From Chloroflexota bacterium (GTDB lineage: Bacteria > Chloroflexota > Limnocylindria > Limnocylindrales > CSP1-4), in assembly GCA_017881885.1 (NCBI GenBank), contig JADGQJ010000002.1:1-40763 (forward strand): a stretch of 40,763 nucleotides of DNA, written 5' to 3'. Within the stretch, counting starts at the first letter, position 1. Each line of letters begins with the position of its first letter. The notes beneath the pieces are model-generated. The model did not search any database and was not told where the DNA came from. It worked only from the letters and a program-made list of their open reading frames with translations. Both the position numbers and the translations under genes were made by a program. Below, piece by piece: positions 18,544 through 27,330 of the stretch.

Positions 18544-19451
18544 CGGCCGAACCTTCGGCCTCGGGAGTCGAGGGCGAGCTTGCCGACGAGGCCTCCGAAG
18601 CCGCGGAGGCCGCCGTCGAGCCTGCGCGCCGGCCGCTCGAGATCGAGGTCCTGACGCTCTTCCCGGCGATGCTCCAGGGTCCGCTCGCGGAGAGCATTCC
18701 GGGGCGGGTTCAGGCTCGCGGCCTGGCCCAGATCCGCATTCACGACATGCGCCACTGGGGTCTCGGCCGCCACAAATCCGTCGACGACTACACGTACGGT
18801 GGGGGAGCGGGGATGGTCCTGCGGCCCGAGCCGGTCGCCGCGGCGTTGGACGAGTTGCGCCGGCCCGACAGCACCGTCATCCTGCTGGACCCGGGCGGCG
18901 AGGTGTTCGGACAGGCTCGCGCCCACGACCTCGCCGAACGCACCCACTTGATCTTCCTCTGCCCGCGTTACGAGGGCGTCGACGCGCGGATCCGCTGCCT
19001 GGTGGATGTGGAGCTATCGATAGGGGATTACGTGCTGTCCGGCGGCGAGATCCCAGCGCTCGTGGTCGTGGATACGATCCTGCGGCTGCTCCCCGGCGCG
19101 ATCGACGCCGAGTCCACGGCCGAGGAATCGTTCACCTCGGGGCTGCTGGAGTACCCGCAGTACACCCGCCCCCCCGAGTTTCGCGGAATCACCGTCCCGA
19201 CGGTCCTGACGAGCGGGCACCACGAGGCCGTGCGCAAGTGGCGGCTCAAGGAATCGCTGCGCCGCACATGGCGCCGCCGGCCGGAGTTGCTCGAGGACCG
19301 GCCGATGTCGCGGGAAGAGGCCAAGCTGCTGGCGGAGGTCAGCCGCGAGGAAAGCGCGGCGGCCGCGGATGCAGCGGAAGAGGCTGCTGTGCAGGCCGCT
19401 GCACAGGCGGCAGGCGCCCTGGTCGGAGACGCCGACCGCGATGGTCGTTGA
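18540..19451 (+). CDS. trmD: tRNA (guanine37-N1)-methyltransferase TrmD
   Basis: Motifs IEVLTLFPAM, DDYTYGGGAGMVL and LSIGDYVLSGGE are present. I placed the start at GTG 18540 (GTGA overlap with the rimM stop). The track ORF from 18108 overlaps rimM in another frame. Confidence 0.9.
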   Translation: MTAEPSASGVEGELADEASEAAEAAVEPARRPLEIEVLTLFPAMLQGPLAESIPGRVQARGLAQIRIHDMRHWGLGRHKSVDDYTYGGGAGMVLRPEPVAAALDELRRPDSTVILLDPGGEVFGQARAHDLAERTHLIFLCPRYEGVDARIRCLVDVELSIGDYVLSGGEIPALVVVDTILRLLPGAIDAESTAEESFTSGLLEYPQYTRPPEFRGITVPTVLTSGHHEAVRKWRLKESLRRTWRRRPELLEDRPMSREEAKLLAEVSREESAAAADAAEEAAVQAAAQAAGALVGDADRDGR

Positions 19452-19492
19452 CGTCACGCGTAGAGGTCACCGCTGAGCCCAAACCCGGCGAA

Positions 19493-19674
19493 CTGGCCAA
19501 TTGCTAACCCCCGTGGCAGGATTCCGGATCGGCAGTGCTTCCTGGTCCCCGGCGGGCGCGGGACGGTTGTGCGCCAGCGGCCGCCACGCTCGGCGTCGAG
19601 CTCCGGCGGCCGGCTTCGCCACTTCGTAGGGCAGGATTCATGGCCGCGTGCTACCCCGGTTAGCAAGTGGCCGG
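19493..19674. repeat. 182-nt element bounded by a 17-nt imperfect inverted repeat, with an internal 10-nt direct repeat
   Basis: IR-L at 19493-19509 is ctggccaattgctaacc. IR-R at 19658-19674 is ggttagcaagtggccgg. The arms are complementary at 15/17 positions. GGCAGGATTC occurs at 19515-19524 and again at 19630-19639, each followed by a degenerate ..GG.C.GC.GTGCT.CC. Confidence 0.5.
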
Positions 19675-19692
19675 AAGCCCGGTCGGCGGCTC

Positions 19693-19735
19693 GGCCCCTC
19701 CCGCGGCGCGCGCCGGCCCTCCCGCGGCGCGCCCC
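19693..19735. repeat. Two tandem copies of a 21-22 nt GC-rich unit (GGCCC(C)TCCCGCGGCGCGC)
   Basis: Read directly: ggcccctcccgcggcgcgcgcc followed by ggccctcccgcggcgcgcccc. Confidence 0.7.
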
Positions 19736-19761
19736 GGCCGGGTCGCATCCCCGCCCGCGTG

Positions 19762-19770
19762 TGCTATCCT
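19762..19770 (+). promoter_or_regulatory. Candidate extended -10 promoter (TGcTATCCT) for rplS
   Basis: TG is at 19762-63 and TATCCT at 19765-70, about 115 nt upstream of the rplS GTG. It shares the heptamer TGTGCTA with the candidate rpsB promoter. The -35 is weak (GTCGCA). Confidence 0.3.
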
Positions 19771-19778
19771 TCGCCGTC

Positions 19779-19794
19779 GGCCGCGCGCGCGGCC
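19779..19794 (+). other. Perfect 16-nt GC palindrome/hairpin (GGCCGCGCGCGCGGCC) followed by a T-biased stretch
   Basis: Read directly; the following sequence is tcatttcatgtgtcttcat. It could be a weak terminator for the trmD operon or a 5' stem of the rplS leader. I cannot distinguish these. Confidence 0.3.
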
Positions 19795-19883
19795 TCATTT
19801 CATGTGTCTTCATCGCAGCCGGGCTGCGGGCAATATCGGCCACTGAGCGCACCCGCGCCGCTTGACGAAGAGTAGGGAACGCC

Positions 19884-20234
19884 GTGAACGTGCTCGACGA
19901 GATAGTTCAGGATCAGATCCGGACCGACCTTCCGGAGCTCGCCTCCGGCGACACCGTGCGCGTCAACGCACGCGTCGTAGAGGGCACCCGGGAGCGCATC
20001 CAGGTCTTCGAGGGGACCGTCATGCGCCTTCGCGGCGGTGGCATCCAGCGCTCGATCACCGTCCGTCGGGTTGCGAGCGGCGTAGGCGTGGAGCGCACCT
20101 TCAAGGTGAACAGCCCCCGCATCGACAAGATCGAAGTCGTCCGCCACGGCCAGGCGCGCCGCGCTCAGCTGTACTTCCTTCGCAAGCGCGTCGGCAAGGC
20201 CGCAACCCTGCGCGAGCGCCGCACCAAGGGCTAG
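19884..20234 (+). CDS. rplS: 50S ribosomal protein L19
   Basis: The sequence [44 protein letters not shown]... is canonical L19. Confidence 0.95.
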   Translation: MNVLDEIVQDQIRTDLPELASGDTVRVNARVVEGTRERIQVFEGTVMRLRGGGIQRSITVRRVASGVGVERTFKVNSPRIDKIEVVRHGQARRAQLYFLRKRVGKAATLRERRTKG

Positions 20235-20251
20235 ACGGGTTCGGGAGCCAC

Positions 20252-21100
20252 ATGCCCGGCGCCCGACGCTCCAGCCTCCGGATCGGGGACCCCGACCGCT
20301 CGCCATCGGCGACGCGACGGGGTCCTACTGTTTTCGCGCCCGGGGCTCCCACCGGCCGCTTCGAGGTCGCGGTCTGGCATCACGAGCGTCTCGACCCGGA
20401 CTTCGCCGAGGAGCGGATCCTGTGGTCGCGCGGATACCGCCACGTTGCCGGCATAGATGAGGTCGGGCGCGGATGCCTGGCGGGTCCTGTGGCTGCGGCC
20501 GCGGTCATCCTCCCGCCCAACTGGAAGCCGCGCGGCCTTCGCGATTCCAAGCTGCTCAAGCCCGAAGATCGAAGGCGGCTCGATGTCGAGATCCGAGCCC
20601 GGGCGGTCGCGTGGTCGATCGCCTTCGTCGGGCCGGAGCTGATCGACCGTATCAACATCCTTCAGGCGACCCTGCTCGCCAGCACTCTCGCTGCGGCTCG
20701 TCTCCAGGTCAGGCCCGATGCGCTGCTGCTCGACGCCGTCTCGCTGCCGGAGGTTCGGATCCACCAGCGCGTCCTCGTCTCCGCCGATCGGCTGTGCGCC
20801 TCCGTGGCGGCGGCTTCGGTGATCGCCAAGGTGGCCCGCGACGCGCTCATGGCCGAGATGGACGTGCGCTATCCCGGCTACGAGCTGGCCCGCAACAAGG
20901 GCTATGCCGCTCCGGAGCATCGCGCCGGCCTGGCGGCGCTGGGCCTCAGCCCGATCCATCGCCTCTCGTTTGCGCCATGCCGTGAGCGGGAGCAAATGGG
21001 CTTGTGGGACGATGCGGCCGCGGACGCCGTCGACGCCGATGCGCTCGGCGAGCAAGCCGACGAAGCCGGTCGAATCGAGGAGGCCGAGCCGGTCGACTGA
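20252..21100 (+). CDS. rnhB: Ribonuclease HII
   Basis: It carries AGIDEVGRGCLAGPV, DSKLL and GYAAPEHR motifs. ATG 20252 has GGGAG 4 nt upstream and is the only canonical in-frame start after rplS. The ends are an Arg/Pro-rich N-terminus and an acidic C-terminus. Confidence 0.88.
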   Translation: MPGARRSSLRIGDPDRSPSATRRGPTVFAPGAPTGRFEVAVWHHERLDPDFAEERILWSRGYRHVAGIDEVGRGCLAGPVAAAAVILPPNWKPRGLRDSKLLKPEDRRRLDVEIRARAVAWSIAFVGPELIDRINILQATLLASTLAAARLQVRPDALLLDAVSLPEVRIHQRVLVSADRLCASVAAASVIAKVARDALMAEMDVRYPGYELARNKGYAAPEHRAGLAALGLSPIHRLSFAPCREREQMGLWDDAAADAVDADALGEQADEAGRIEEAEPVD

Positions 21101-21118
21101 CCGTCCGCAGGAGGAGCA

Positions 21119-21517
21119 ATGGGCGAACGGACGGACCGACAGCAGGCGGGCGATGCGGCCGAGACTCTGGTCGCGGAACTCCTCGCCGGCCGCGGGTGGC
21201 AGATCCTGGCGCGCAACGTCCATTTCGGGCGCAGCGAGCTCGATATCGTCGCGATCGATCCCGGTCCGGCGCCGAGGCTCGTCGTCGTGGAGGTTCGGTG
21301 GCGGCGCTCCAGGGAGTTCGGGCTCGCAGAGGAAACCTTCGACTATCGGAAGCGAGCACACCTCAGGGCCGGCATCGCACGCTTGCTCGAGGCCGGGCGA
21401 CTCCCCGGCGGTGAGCGGCTGCCGCACCTGCCGCTCGGGCTGGACCTGGCGATAGTCGAGCCCGGCGCCAGCGGCCACCCGGCGGTCCGCCTCTATCGCG
21501 ACGCGCTCGCCGACTGA
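21119..21517 (+). CDS. yraN: YraN-family (UPF0102) endonuclease-like protein
   Basis: The pattern GDAAETLVAELLAGRGWQILARNVHFGRSELDIVAID....LVVVEVRWRRS matches YraN. Confidence 0.85.
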   Translation: MGERTDRQQAGDAAETLVAELLAGRGWQILARNVHFGRSELDIVAIDPGPAPRLVVVEVRWRRSREFGLAEETFDYRKRAHLRAGIARLLEAGRLPGGERLPHLPLGLDLAIVEPGASGHPAVRLYRDALAD

Positions 21518-21521
21518 ATAA

Positions 21522-23192
21522 CTACCAGTGGAGCGTCCGGGCGGAGGCAACTCGGATTCGGTCGAGGACGCGCCTGCCGTCGCCGGCCGGGTCGAGCAGG
21601 TTCGCCTGGGAGTGATCGACCATGAGCGTTGGGTGGAGGTCCACCTGGACGAGCCGATTGCCGACATAGGTGAGATCGGCCACGACACCCTCTTGGGTGC
21701 TCTCGCTGTAGTTCAGATCGAAGAGCAGATCGCCGAGTGAATAGGCCACGAACACCGGGCCGCCGCTGGGTCGGGCGATCGCCTCGATCGGGCCGGTGAA
21801 ATGGGAGTGGCTGCCGAGGATCAGATCGGCGCCCGCCGCGACAAGGGCGGCGGCGTCGCGGCGCTGCTGCGGGCCGACGTATTCGCTGTATTCGGCGCCC
21901 CAGTGCGGCATGACGATCACGAAATCGGCGCCGGCCGCGCGGGCGGCCTTGATGTCGGCCGCGGCGCGGGCGACGGTGAACGGCGCGGCTCCGGGTTTGC
22001 CGGAAGCGGCGAAGTTGCCGGCCTGCAGGGAGTCGTACGCGAGAAACGCCACGAGCTGGTGGCCGGCGTTGAACCACGCCGGCGTCGATGCCGCGGCCGG
22101 ATTGGCGCCTGCCCCGGCATGTTTGATGCCGACCTTGTCGAGGTTCACGCAGGTGTCGAGGACGCCCTGGCTGCCGGCGTTGCGGATGTGGTTGTTGGCC
22201 AGCGACACGCCGTCGATGCCGGCGTTGGCCAGGCCGATGAGCAGAGCCGGATCGAAGCTGAACGAGAGTCCGTCGTCGTGATAGACGAAGTTGTTCGGGG
22301 CGGGCCCTTCGAGGTTTACGAGGGTGAGGTCCGCGCTCTTCAGCAGCGTCGTGAACGCACCGGCGCCGCCCGTTCGGCGGCCCACCGCCAGCAGATTCTT
22401 CTCGAAACCGCAGCAGACGTGGCTCTTGATGACCGCATATCCGCCGGTCCACGGGTAGTTGGGGCCCCTCTTCTTGCTGACGGCGTAGTAGTAAACGTTG
22501 CGCTCCAGGTTGACGTCGCCGCCGGCGTCCACGACCCACGCGGCCGTGGGGTCGAAGGTCGAGGGCGAGTCGGCGGGGACGTTGAGAGGCCAGGCGCCGA
22601 GGTCGACGATGCGCCCGGAGCCGAACAGCGAGACGTCGTCGACGCGGAGCGCTCGGACGTCCGGCGTGACGTCGTCGGCCCGAAGCACGCCGATCGTGCT
22701 CGCGCTGCCGCGAACCGCCGCTTTGACGTCGTCGGGGCTCGCGCTCTGCACCGACGCCCCGAGAGTAACCCCGAGCGTTGCGGCGAGGGCGGCTGCGTCT
22801 TGGGCCGCCAGAACGACCTTCGCGTGGGCGGGCCTGACCGATGCCCCTGCGCCGCTCACGAGAAGCGCGAGATCGGCCCGCGTGATCGCGCGCTGCGTGG
22901 ACCAGAACGAAACGACGGGCACGAGCGGGACCGTCGGTCGGGGGGTCGGGCTGGGCCCGAGAGTCGGGACCTGAGTCAGCGGGTGAGTCGGCGAGGGCGA
23001 GACAGCCTGCACGCCCGGCGACGCCTCGGCGGATGCAATCGTCGTCGCGCCGCTCGGCGCACCCGGCGGAGAACTGGAGGCACCACTGCCGCAGGACACT
23101 GTACCAATCGCGATCAGCGCGGCCGTCGCCACCGAAGCCACCGCTCCGGCGACCCGCCCACGAGACCCCATCGGACAACCCCTGTACCCCAC
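21522..23192 (-). CDS. CapA-family (PGA_cap metallophosphatase-like) lipoprotein
   Basis: 556 aa with a GTG start. The signal peptide has a lipobox ([11 protein letters not shown]). The C-terminal half has CapA-like motifs ([39 protein letters not shown]). It converges on yraN with only 4 nt between the stops. Confidence 0.85.
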   Translation of the reverse strand: MGYRGCPMGSRGRVAGAVASVATAALIAIGTVSCGSGASSSPPGAPSGATTIASAEASPGVQAVSPSPTHPLTQVPTLGPSPTPRPTVPLVPVVSFWSTQRAITRADLALLVSGAGASVRPAHAKVVLAAQDAAALAATLGVTLGASVQSASPDDVKAAVRGSASTIGVLRADDVTPDVRALRVDDVSLFGSGRIVDLGAWPLNVPADSPSTFDPTAAWVVDAGGDVNLERNVYYYAVSKKRGPNYPWTGGYAVIKSHVCCGFEKNLLAVGRRTGGAGAFTTLLKSADLTLVNLEGPAPNNFVYHDDGLSFSFDPALLIGLANAGIDGVSLANNHIRNAGSQGVLDTCVNLDKVGIKHAGAGANPAAASTPAWFNAGHQLVAFLAYDSLQAGNFAASGKPGAAPFTVARAAADIKAARAAGADFVIVMPHWGAEYSEYVGPQQRRDAAALVAAGADLILGSHSHFTGPIEAIARPSGGPVFVAYSLGDLLFDLNYSESTQEGVVADLTYVGNRLVQVDLHPTLMVDHSQANLLDPAGDGRRVLDRIRVASARTLHW

Positions 23193-23210
23193 GCAGTCAG
23201 CGTATCCTGG

Positions 23211-23236
23211 GAATTGCCCGCCTGTGCGGGGAATTC
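23211..23236. promoter_or_regulatory. Palindrome GAATTGCCCGC-ctgt-GCGGGGAATTC in the capA/rpsB divergent intergenic region
   Basis: 10 of 11 positions are complementary, 19-44 nt upstream of the capA GTG. It could be an operator or a 5'-UTR hairpin. Confidence 0.3.
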
Positions 23237-23295
23237 GCTTGGGGCTCTCGCCCGGGCCCGGCCGCGCGGCGCGGTTCGGAGACCACTGGCCGCTG

Positions 23296-23304
23296 TGCTA
23301 CACT
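23296..23304 (+). promoter_or_regulatory. Candidate extended -10 promoter (TGcTACACT) for rpsB-tsf
   Basis: TG is at 23296-97 and TACACT at 23299-304. TTCGGA lies 18 nt upstream. The site is ~165 nt upstream of the rpsB ATG. Confidence 0.35.
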
Positions 23305-23469
23305 CCCGGCCGGTCGTCGCGCCGCGACGGCACACGCACCGCGCCCGCCAAGAGCGGGACGGAGCGGAGATCACACGCAGTTGCCGTGTCGGGGCGGTGC
23401 CGGAGCCGCATCAGCGGACCGGTTCCCGACAGGAGCGCTGCGGAGGTAGAAACCGCAGGAGGTCAGTTC

Positions 23470-24435
23470 ATGCCGTCCGTTTCGATGCGGCAGCTCCTGG
23501 AGGCCGGGATCCATTTCGGCCACCAGACACGTCGCTGGAATCCCAAGATGAAGCCGTTCATCTTTGCCGAGCGCAACGGGATCCACATCATCGACCTTGC
23601 CCAGACCGTCAAGCGGCTCGACGTCGCCCTCGACGCGGCCCGCGAGACCGTCGCTCGCGGCGACTCCGTGCTCTTCGTCGGGACCAAGAAGCAGGCCCAG
23701 GAGCCGGTCGCCCAGGAGTCCACACGCGCCGGTCAGCCGTACGTCAACCGCCGCTGGCTCGGCGGCATGCTCACCAACTTCGTCACTATCAAGAAGCGGA
23801 TCGCTCTTCTCGATCAGCTCGAGGCGCGCCAGGCAAGCGGCGACTTCGAGCGCCTGACCAAGAAGGAGACCTCCAAGCTGGTCGAGGAGATGGATCACCT
23901 TCGCGACGTCCTCGGCGGCATCCGCAAGATGAAGCGCGTGCCGGCCATGGTCTTCATCGTCGACCCGCACCGCGAGCGCATCGCCGTTACCGAAGCCCGC
24001 AAGCTCGAGATCCCGATCATCGGCACCGGCGACACGAACGTTGACCCGGACGAGCTCGACTACATCATCCCGGCCAACGACGACGCGATCCGCGCCATCC
24101 GGCTGCTATGTTCGCTCGTCGCCGACGCCTGCATCGAAGGCCAGCGCGAGCGCGGCGCTCGTGCCAACGCCGAGATCGAGGCGCCTGAGGCTCCGGTCAT
24201 CTCCGAGATCGAGGACATTCCTTCCGACGAGCTCGTCGCGGCCCTCGCGGGCGGCGCGGCCCTCACCTTCGAGCCCGACGTCGAGGAGGAGGAAATCCTC
24301 CTGCCCGGCGTGCGAGTCGTCCCGGCTCACCCGCGCGATCTCGAGGGCGAAGGCGCACCCCGAGTTCACGAAGCGCCCGTCCGTCCTCGCGAAGAGCCGA
24401 TCCGGCCGCGCGAAGACAACCCGCGCGCTCACTGA
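23470..24435 (+). CDS. rpsB: 30S ribosomal protein S2 with acidic C-terminal extension
   Basis: [27 protein letters not shown]... is canonical S2, with GGAGG upstream. The track ORF from 23224 is an upstream extension without similarity. Confidence 0.95.
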   Translation: MPSVSMRQLLEAGIHFGHQTRRWNPKMKPFIFAERNGIHIIDLAQTVKRLDVALDAARETVARGDSVLFVGTKKQAQEPVAQESTRAGQPYVNRRWLGGMLTNFVTIKKRIALLDQLEARQASGDFERLTKKETSKLVEEMDHLRDVLGGIRKMKRVPAMVFIVDPHRERIAVTEARKLEIPIIGTGDTNVDPDELDYIIPANDDAIRAIRLLCSLVADACIEGQRERGARANAEIEAPEAPVISEIEDIPSDELVAALAGGAALTFEPDVEEEEILLPGVRVVPAHPRDLEGEGAPRVHEAPVRPREEPIRPREDNPRAH

Positions 24436-24518
24436 GCAACGAACTCACCCGCCCGGCGGTCGGGGCCGACAGGCCGATCGACCGCAAAGGCGCTAAGAAC
24501 AGGAGACACGAGAACACG

Positions 24519-25118
24519 ATGGCGACCATCACTGCGGAGACCGTCAAGATCCTCCGCGAGCAGAGCGGCGCAGGCGTCATGGAATGCAAGCGGGCGCTCG
24601 AGGAGACCGGCGGCGACATCGAGAAGGCAGCCGCGATTCTCAAGGAGCGGGGCCAGGCGGCGGCCGCCAAGCGAGCCGGCCGAGACGCCAATGAAGGCCA
24701 GATCGCGAGCTACATCCACACCGGCGGCAAGATCGGCGTTCTGATCGAAGTCAACTGCGAGACCGACTTCGTCGCCCGCACCGACGAGTTCCAGAGACTC
24801 GTCCGCGATCTGGCGATCCAGGTCGCCGGTCTGCGCCCGATCTGGACATCCGTCGAGTCGATCCCGGCGGCCGAGCTCGAGGCCAAGCGGGCCGAGCTCA
24901 TGGCCGGCGACATGGTTCAGGGCAAGCCTGAGGCCGTTCGCGCCCAGATCGTCGACGGCCAGCTCAAGAAGTGGTTCGGCGAGGTCGTTCTTCTCGAGCA
25001 GCCGTTCCGCGATCAGGATCGGACCGTCGGCCAGCTGGTCGGCGAGGCAATCGCCAAGACCGGCGAGAATATCAAGGTCCGCCGATTCGTCCGGTTCGAG
25101 CTGGGGGAGGAAATGTGA
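24519..25118 (+). CDS. tsf: Elongation factor Ts (short form)
   Basis: The N-terminal UBA-like segment is [29 protein letters not shown]. Total length is 199 aa. Confidence 0.95.
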   Translation: MATITAETVKILREQSGAGVMECKRALEETGGDIEKAAAILKERGQAAAAKRAGRDANEGQIASYIHTGGKIGVLIEVNCETDFVARTDEFQRLVRDLAIQVAGLRPIWTSVESIPAAELEAKRAELMAGDMVQGKPEAVRAQIVDGQLKKWFGEVVLLEQPFRDQDRTVGQLVGEAIAKTGENIKVRRFVRFELGEEM

Positions 25119-25909
25119 GCGAGGCCAAAGCGGCCAAAGCCACGTCCGCAGGAGCCGCCGCCGAGTCTGTCGACGGCGCGCCCACGCGGCCGCGCTATCG
25201 TCGGATCCTTCTGAAGCTGTCCGGAGAGGCCCTGCTCGGGTCTCGCCAATACGGCGTCGATCCGAACTTCTGCGCATTCATCGCGGCTCAGGTCGCCGAG
25301 GTCCACCAGCTCGGTGTCGAGATCGGCATCGTCGTCGGCGGGGGGAACATCTTTCGCGGGCTCGCGGCGGCGGCCAAGGGAATGGACCGCGCCACCGGCG
25401 ACTACATCGGCATGCTCGCCACCGTCATGAACGCCCTGGCGCTTCAGGACGCTCTGGAGAAGGCCGGCGTCCAAACCCGGGTCATGAGCGCCATCGGGAT
25501 GAACGAGGTAGCGGAGCCGTACATCCGCCGCCGCGCCGTCCGGCACCTCGAAAAGGGCCGCGTCATCATTCTGGCCGCGGGCACGGGGAATCCGTACTTC
25601 ACCACCGATACCGCCGCCGCCCTCCGGGCCGTCGAGATCGGGGCCGAAATCATCCTCAAGGCGACGAAAGTCGATGGCGTGTACGACTCGGACCCGCTCA
25701 CGAATCCGAACGCCGTACGCTATGAGCGGCTGACGTACTCGCAGGTGCTGGCACAGCGGCTTCGCGTTCTCGACGCCACGGCCGTGTCGCTGTGCATGGA
25801 GAATGACACTCCAATCATCGTGTTCGACCTCAACAAGCCCCAGAACATCACGCGGGTGGCCGTGGGCGAAACCGTCGGCACCCTGATCACCGGAGGCAGC
25901 CCCGCATGA
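25115..25909 (+). CDS. pyrH: UMP kinase
   Basis: Motifs [19 protein letters not shown] and [12 protein letters not shown] are present. I placed the start at GTG 25115, which overlaps the tsf stop (GTGA). Confidence 0.93.
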   Translation: MSEAKAAKATSAGAAAESVDGAPTRPRYRRILLKLSGEALLGSRQYGVDPNFCAFIAAQVAEVHQLGVEIGIVVGGGNIFRGLAAAAKGMDRATGDYIGMLATVMNALALQDALEKAGVQTRVMSAIGMNEVAEPYIRRRAVRHLEKGRVIILAAGTGNPYFTTDTAAALRAVEIGAEIILKATKVDGVYDSDPLTNPNAVRYERLTYSQVLAQRLRVLDATAVSLCMENDTPIIVFDLNKPQNITRVAVGETVGTLITGGSPA

Positions 25910-26463
25910 GCAGCGAGACTTTGACCGCCACCGAACACAAGATGGTGCGCGCGGTGGAGGTTCTCGAGCGCGACCTGCAAGGTGTCCGCACTGGTCGCGC
26001 CTCCACTTCGATCGTCGAGCGGTTGGTGGTGGAGTACTACGGCTCACCCACGCCGTTGAATCAGATCGCCGGCATCAACGTCCCCGAATCGCACCAGATC
26101 ACCATCCAGCCCTGGGATCGCACCGCCCTCCAGGCGATCGAGAAGGCGATTCTCAAGAGCGACATCGGCCTGGTGCCCAACAACGACGGCAGCGTGATCC
26201 GGCTCAACATCCCGCCCCTCACGGAAGAGCGCCGGAAGGATCTGGTCAAGCAGGTCCACAAGCGAATGGAAGAGGCACGAGTCGAGATCCGGAACCTGCG
26301 TCGCGAGGCGGGCGACCAGCTCAAGAAGGAAGAGCACGACGGCACGCTCGGGGCCGACGAGGGACGGCGAGAGCACGAGAGCCTGCAGCGCATCACCGAC
26401 AAACACATCCTGGACGTCGATCGCGTCGGCGCGGTGAAGGAGCAGGAGATCCTGGAGGTCTAG
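25906..26463 (+). CDS. frr: Ribosome recycling factor
   Basis: Full-length Frr similarity over 185 aa (..[28 protein letters not shown]..). ATGA overlaps the pyrH stop. Confidence 0.96.
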   Translation: MSSETLTATEHKMVRAVEVLERDLQGVRTGRASTSIVERLVVEYYGSPTPLNQIAGINVPESHQITIQPWDRTALQAIEKAILKSDIGLVPNNDGSVIRLNIPPLTEERRKDLVKQVHKRMEEARVEIRNLRREAGDQLKKEEHDGTLGADEGRREHESLQRITDKHILDVDRVGAVKEQEILEV

Positions 26464-27317
26464 TGGCCCGTCCGATCGACCGGCCGACGGACTCTCCGTC
26501 GATCGTCCACAGGGACCGCCAGGCTCCGACCGAAGCGGCCGGCGGCCCGGCGATAGATGCGCCCGCGGCCGTCGCAGCGGCGATCCCCGTGGCCCCCGCC
26601 GAGCGTGCCGAGGCCGCTTTCGATGTCGCGGCGGACGAGATTCCACGCCACGTGGCGATCATCATGGACGGCAATCGGCGTTGGGCTCGCGCCCGCGGCC
26701 TCACCGAGATGGAGGGCCACGCAGCCGGCGTCGAGGGGATCCGCGAGATCATCCGGCACGCCGTCCGGCGCGGCATCGAGGTTCTCTCGCTGTATGCGTT
26801 CAGCCGCGAGAACTGGGCCCGATCCGACGAAGAGGTGAGCGGTCTCTTCATGCTGCTGGAGCAGGTCATTCGCAACGAGACCGCCGAACTCAAGTCCCAG
26901 GGAGCGCGGGTCAGGCTGCTCGGGAGGATGGAGGAGCTTCCTCCCGAGACTCGCGCATCGATCCAGGATGCCCTGGACGCGACGGTCGGCGGAGAGCGGC
27001 TCCAGCTCAATATCGCCTTCAACTATTCGGGCCGAACCGAACTCGTGGACGCGGCCCGGAAGGTCGTCGCGTTGGGTCTGCGGCCGGACGAGATCGACGA
27101 GGACGTCATGGCTGCGGCGATGTACACGGCCGGCTTGCCGGACCCCGACATGGTCATCCGCACCGGCGGCGATGAACGGCTTTCCAACTTCCTGATCTGG
27201 CAGTCGGCCTATGCGGAGATCGTTTTCACGCCCACGCTGTGGCCCGATTTCGGGCCGGCGGAGCTGGACGCGGCCGTCGTCGAGTTCGCGAGCCGGCAGC
27301 GCCGGTTCGGGCGGTAA
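26463..27317 (+). CDS. uppS: Isoprenyl transferase (undecaprenyl diphosphate synthase family)
   Basis: Motifs HVAIIMDGNRRWA, FSRENWAR and RTGGDERLSNFLIWQSAYAE are present. GTG 26463 has GGAGG 4 nt upstream. GTG 26589 would give a more typical N-terminal length but has no SD. Confidence 0.92.
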   Translation: MARPIDRPTDSPSIVHRDRQAPTEAAGGPAIDAPAAVAAAIPVAPAERAEAAFDVAADEIPRHVAIIMDGNRRWARARGLTEMEGHAAGVEGIREIIRHAVRRGIEVLSLYAFSRENWARSDEEVSGLFMLLEQVIRNETAELKSQGARVRLLGRMEELPPETRASIQDALDATVGGERLQLNIAFNYSGRTELVDAARKVVALGLRPDEIDEDVMAAAMYTAGLPDPDMVIRTGGDERLSNFLIWQSAYAEIVFTPTLWPDFGPAELDAAVVEFASRQRRFGR

Positions 27318-27330
27318 AGGGGCCGGGGGC

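Noticed and set aside
19531-19560. SRP-RNA-like string (GUGCUUCCUGGUCC; reverse complement GGACCAGGAAGCAC) near ffh/ftsY-related genes
   Set aside because: Neither strand reproduces the helix-8 arrangement (CAGG...GGAA tetraloop...AGCAGC) when aligned to the E. coli/Bacillus consensus from memory. The resemblance covers only part of one side of the motif.
19493-19674. 6S RNA, suggested by the ~182-nt length and long closing stem
   Set aside because: Hand pairing of the interior does not give the continuous rod with a central bubble that 6S requires; the best internal pairings are branched. The idea is not excluded, but I cannot support it without a covariance-model search.
19454-19852. 132-aa minus-strand ORF filling the trmD-rplS spacer (GC3 ~79% by hand count)
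   Set aside because: About one residue in five is Arg. The tandem DNA repeat produces AGARRGR twice. There is no SD at either candidate start and I recognise no family. High GC3 is expected for any frame in such GC-rich DNA. The ORF is kept only as a caveat to the ncRNA/MITE interpretation.
21801-24044. 747-aa plus-strand ORF spanning the antisense of capA, the intergenic region and part of rpsB
   Set aside because: It is extremely Arg-rich and crosses two independently well-supported genes plus a promoter region. It is an artefact of high GC.
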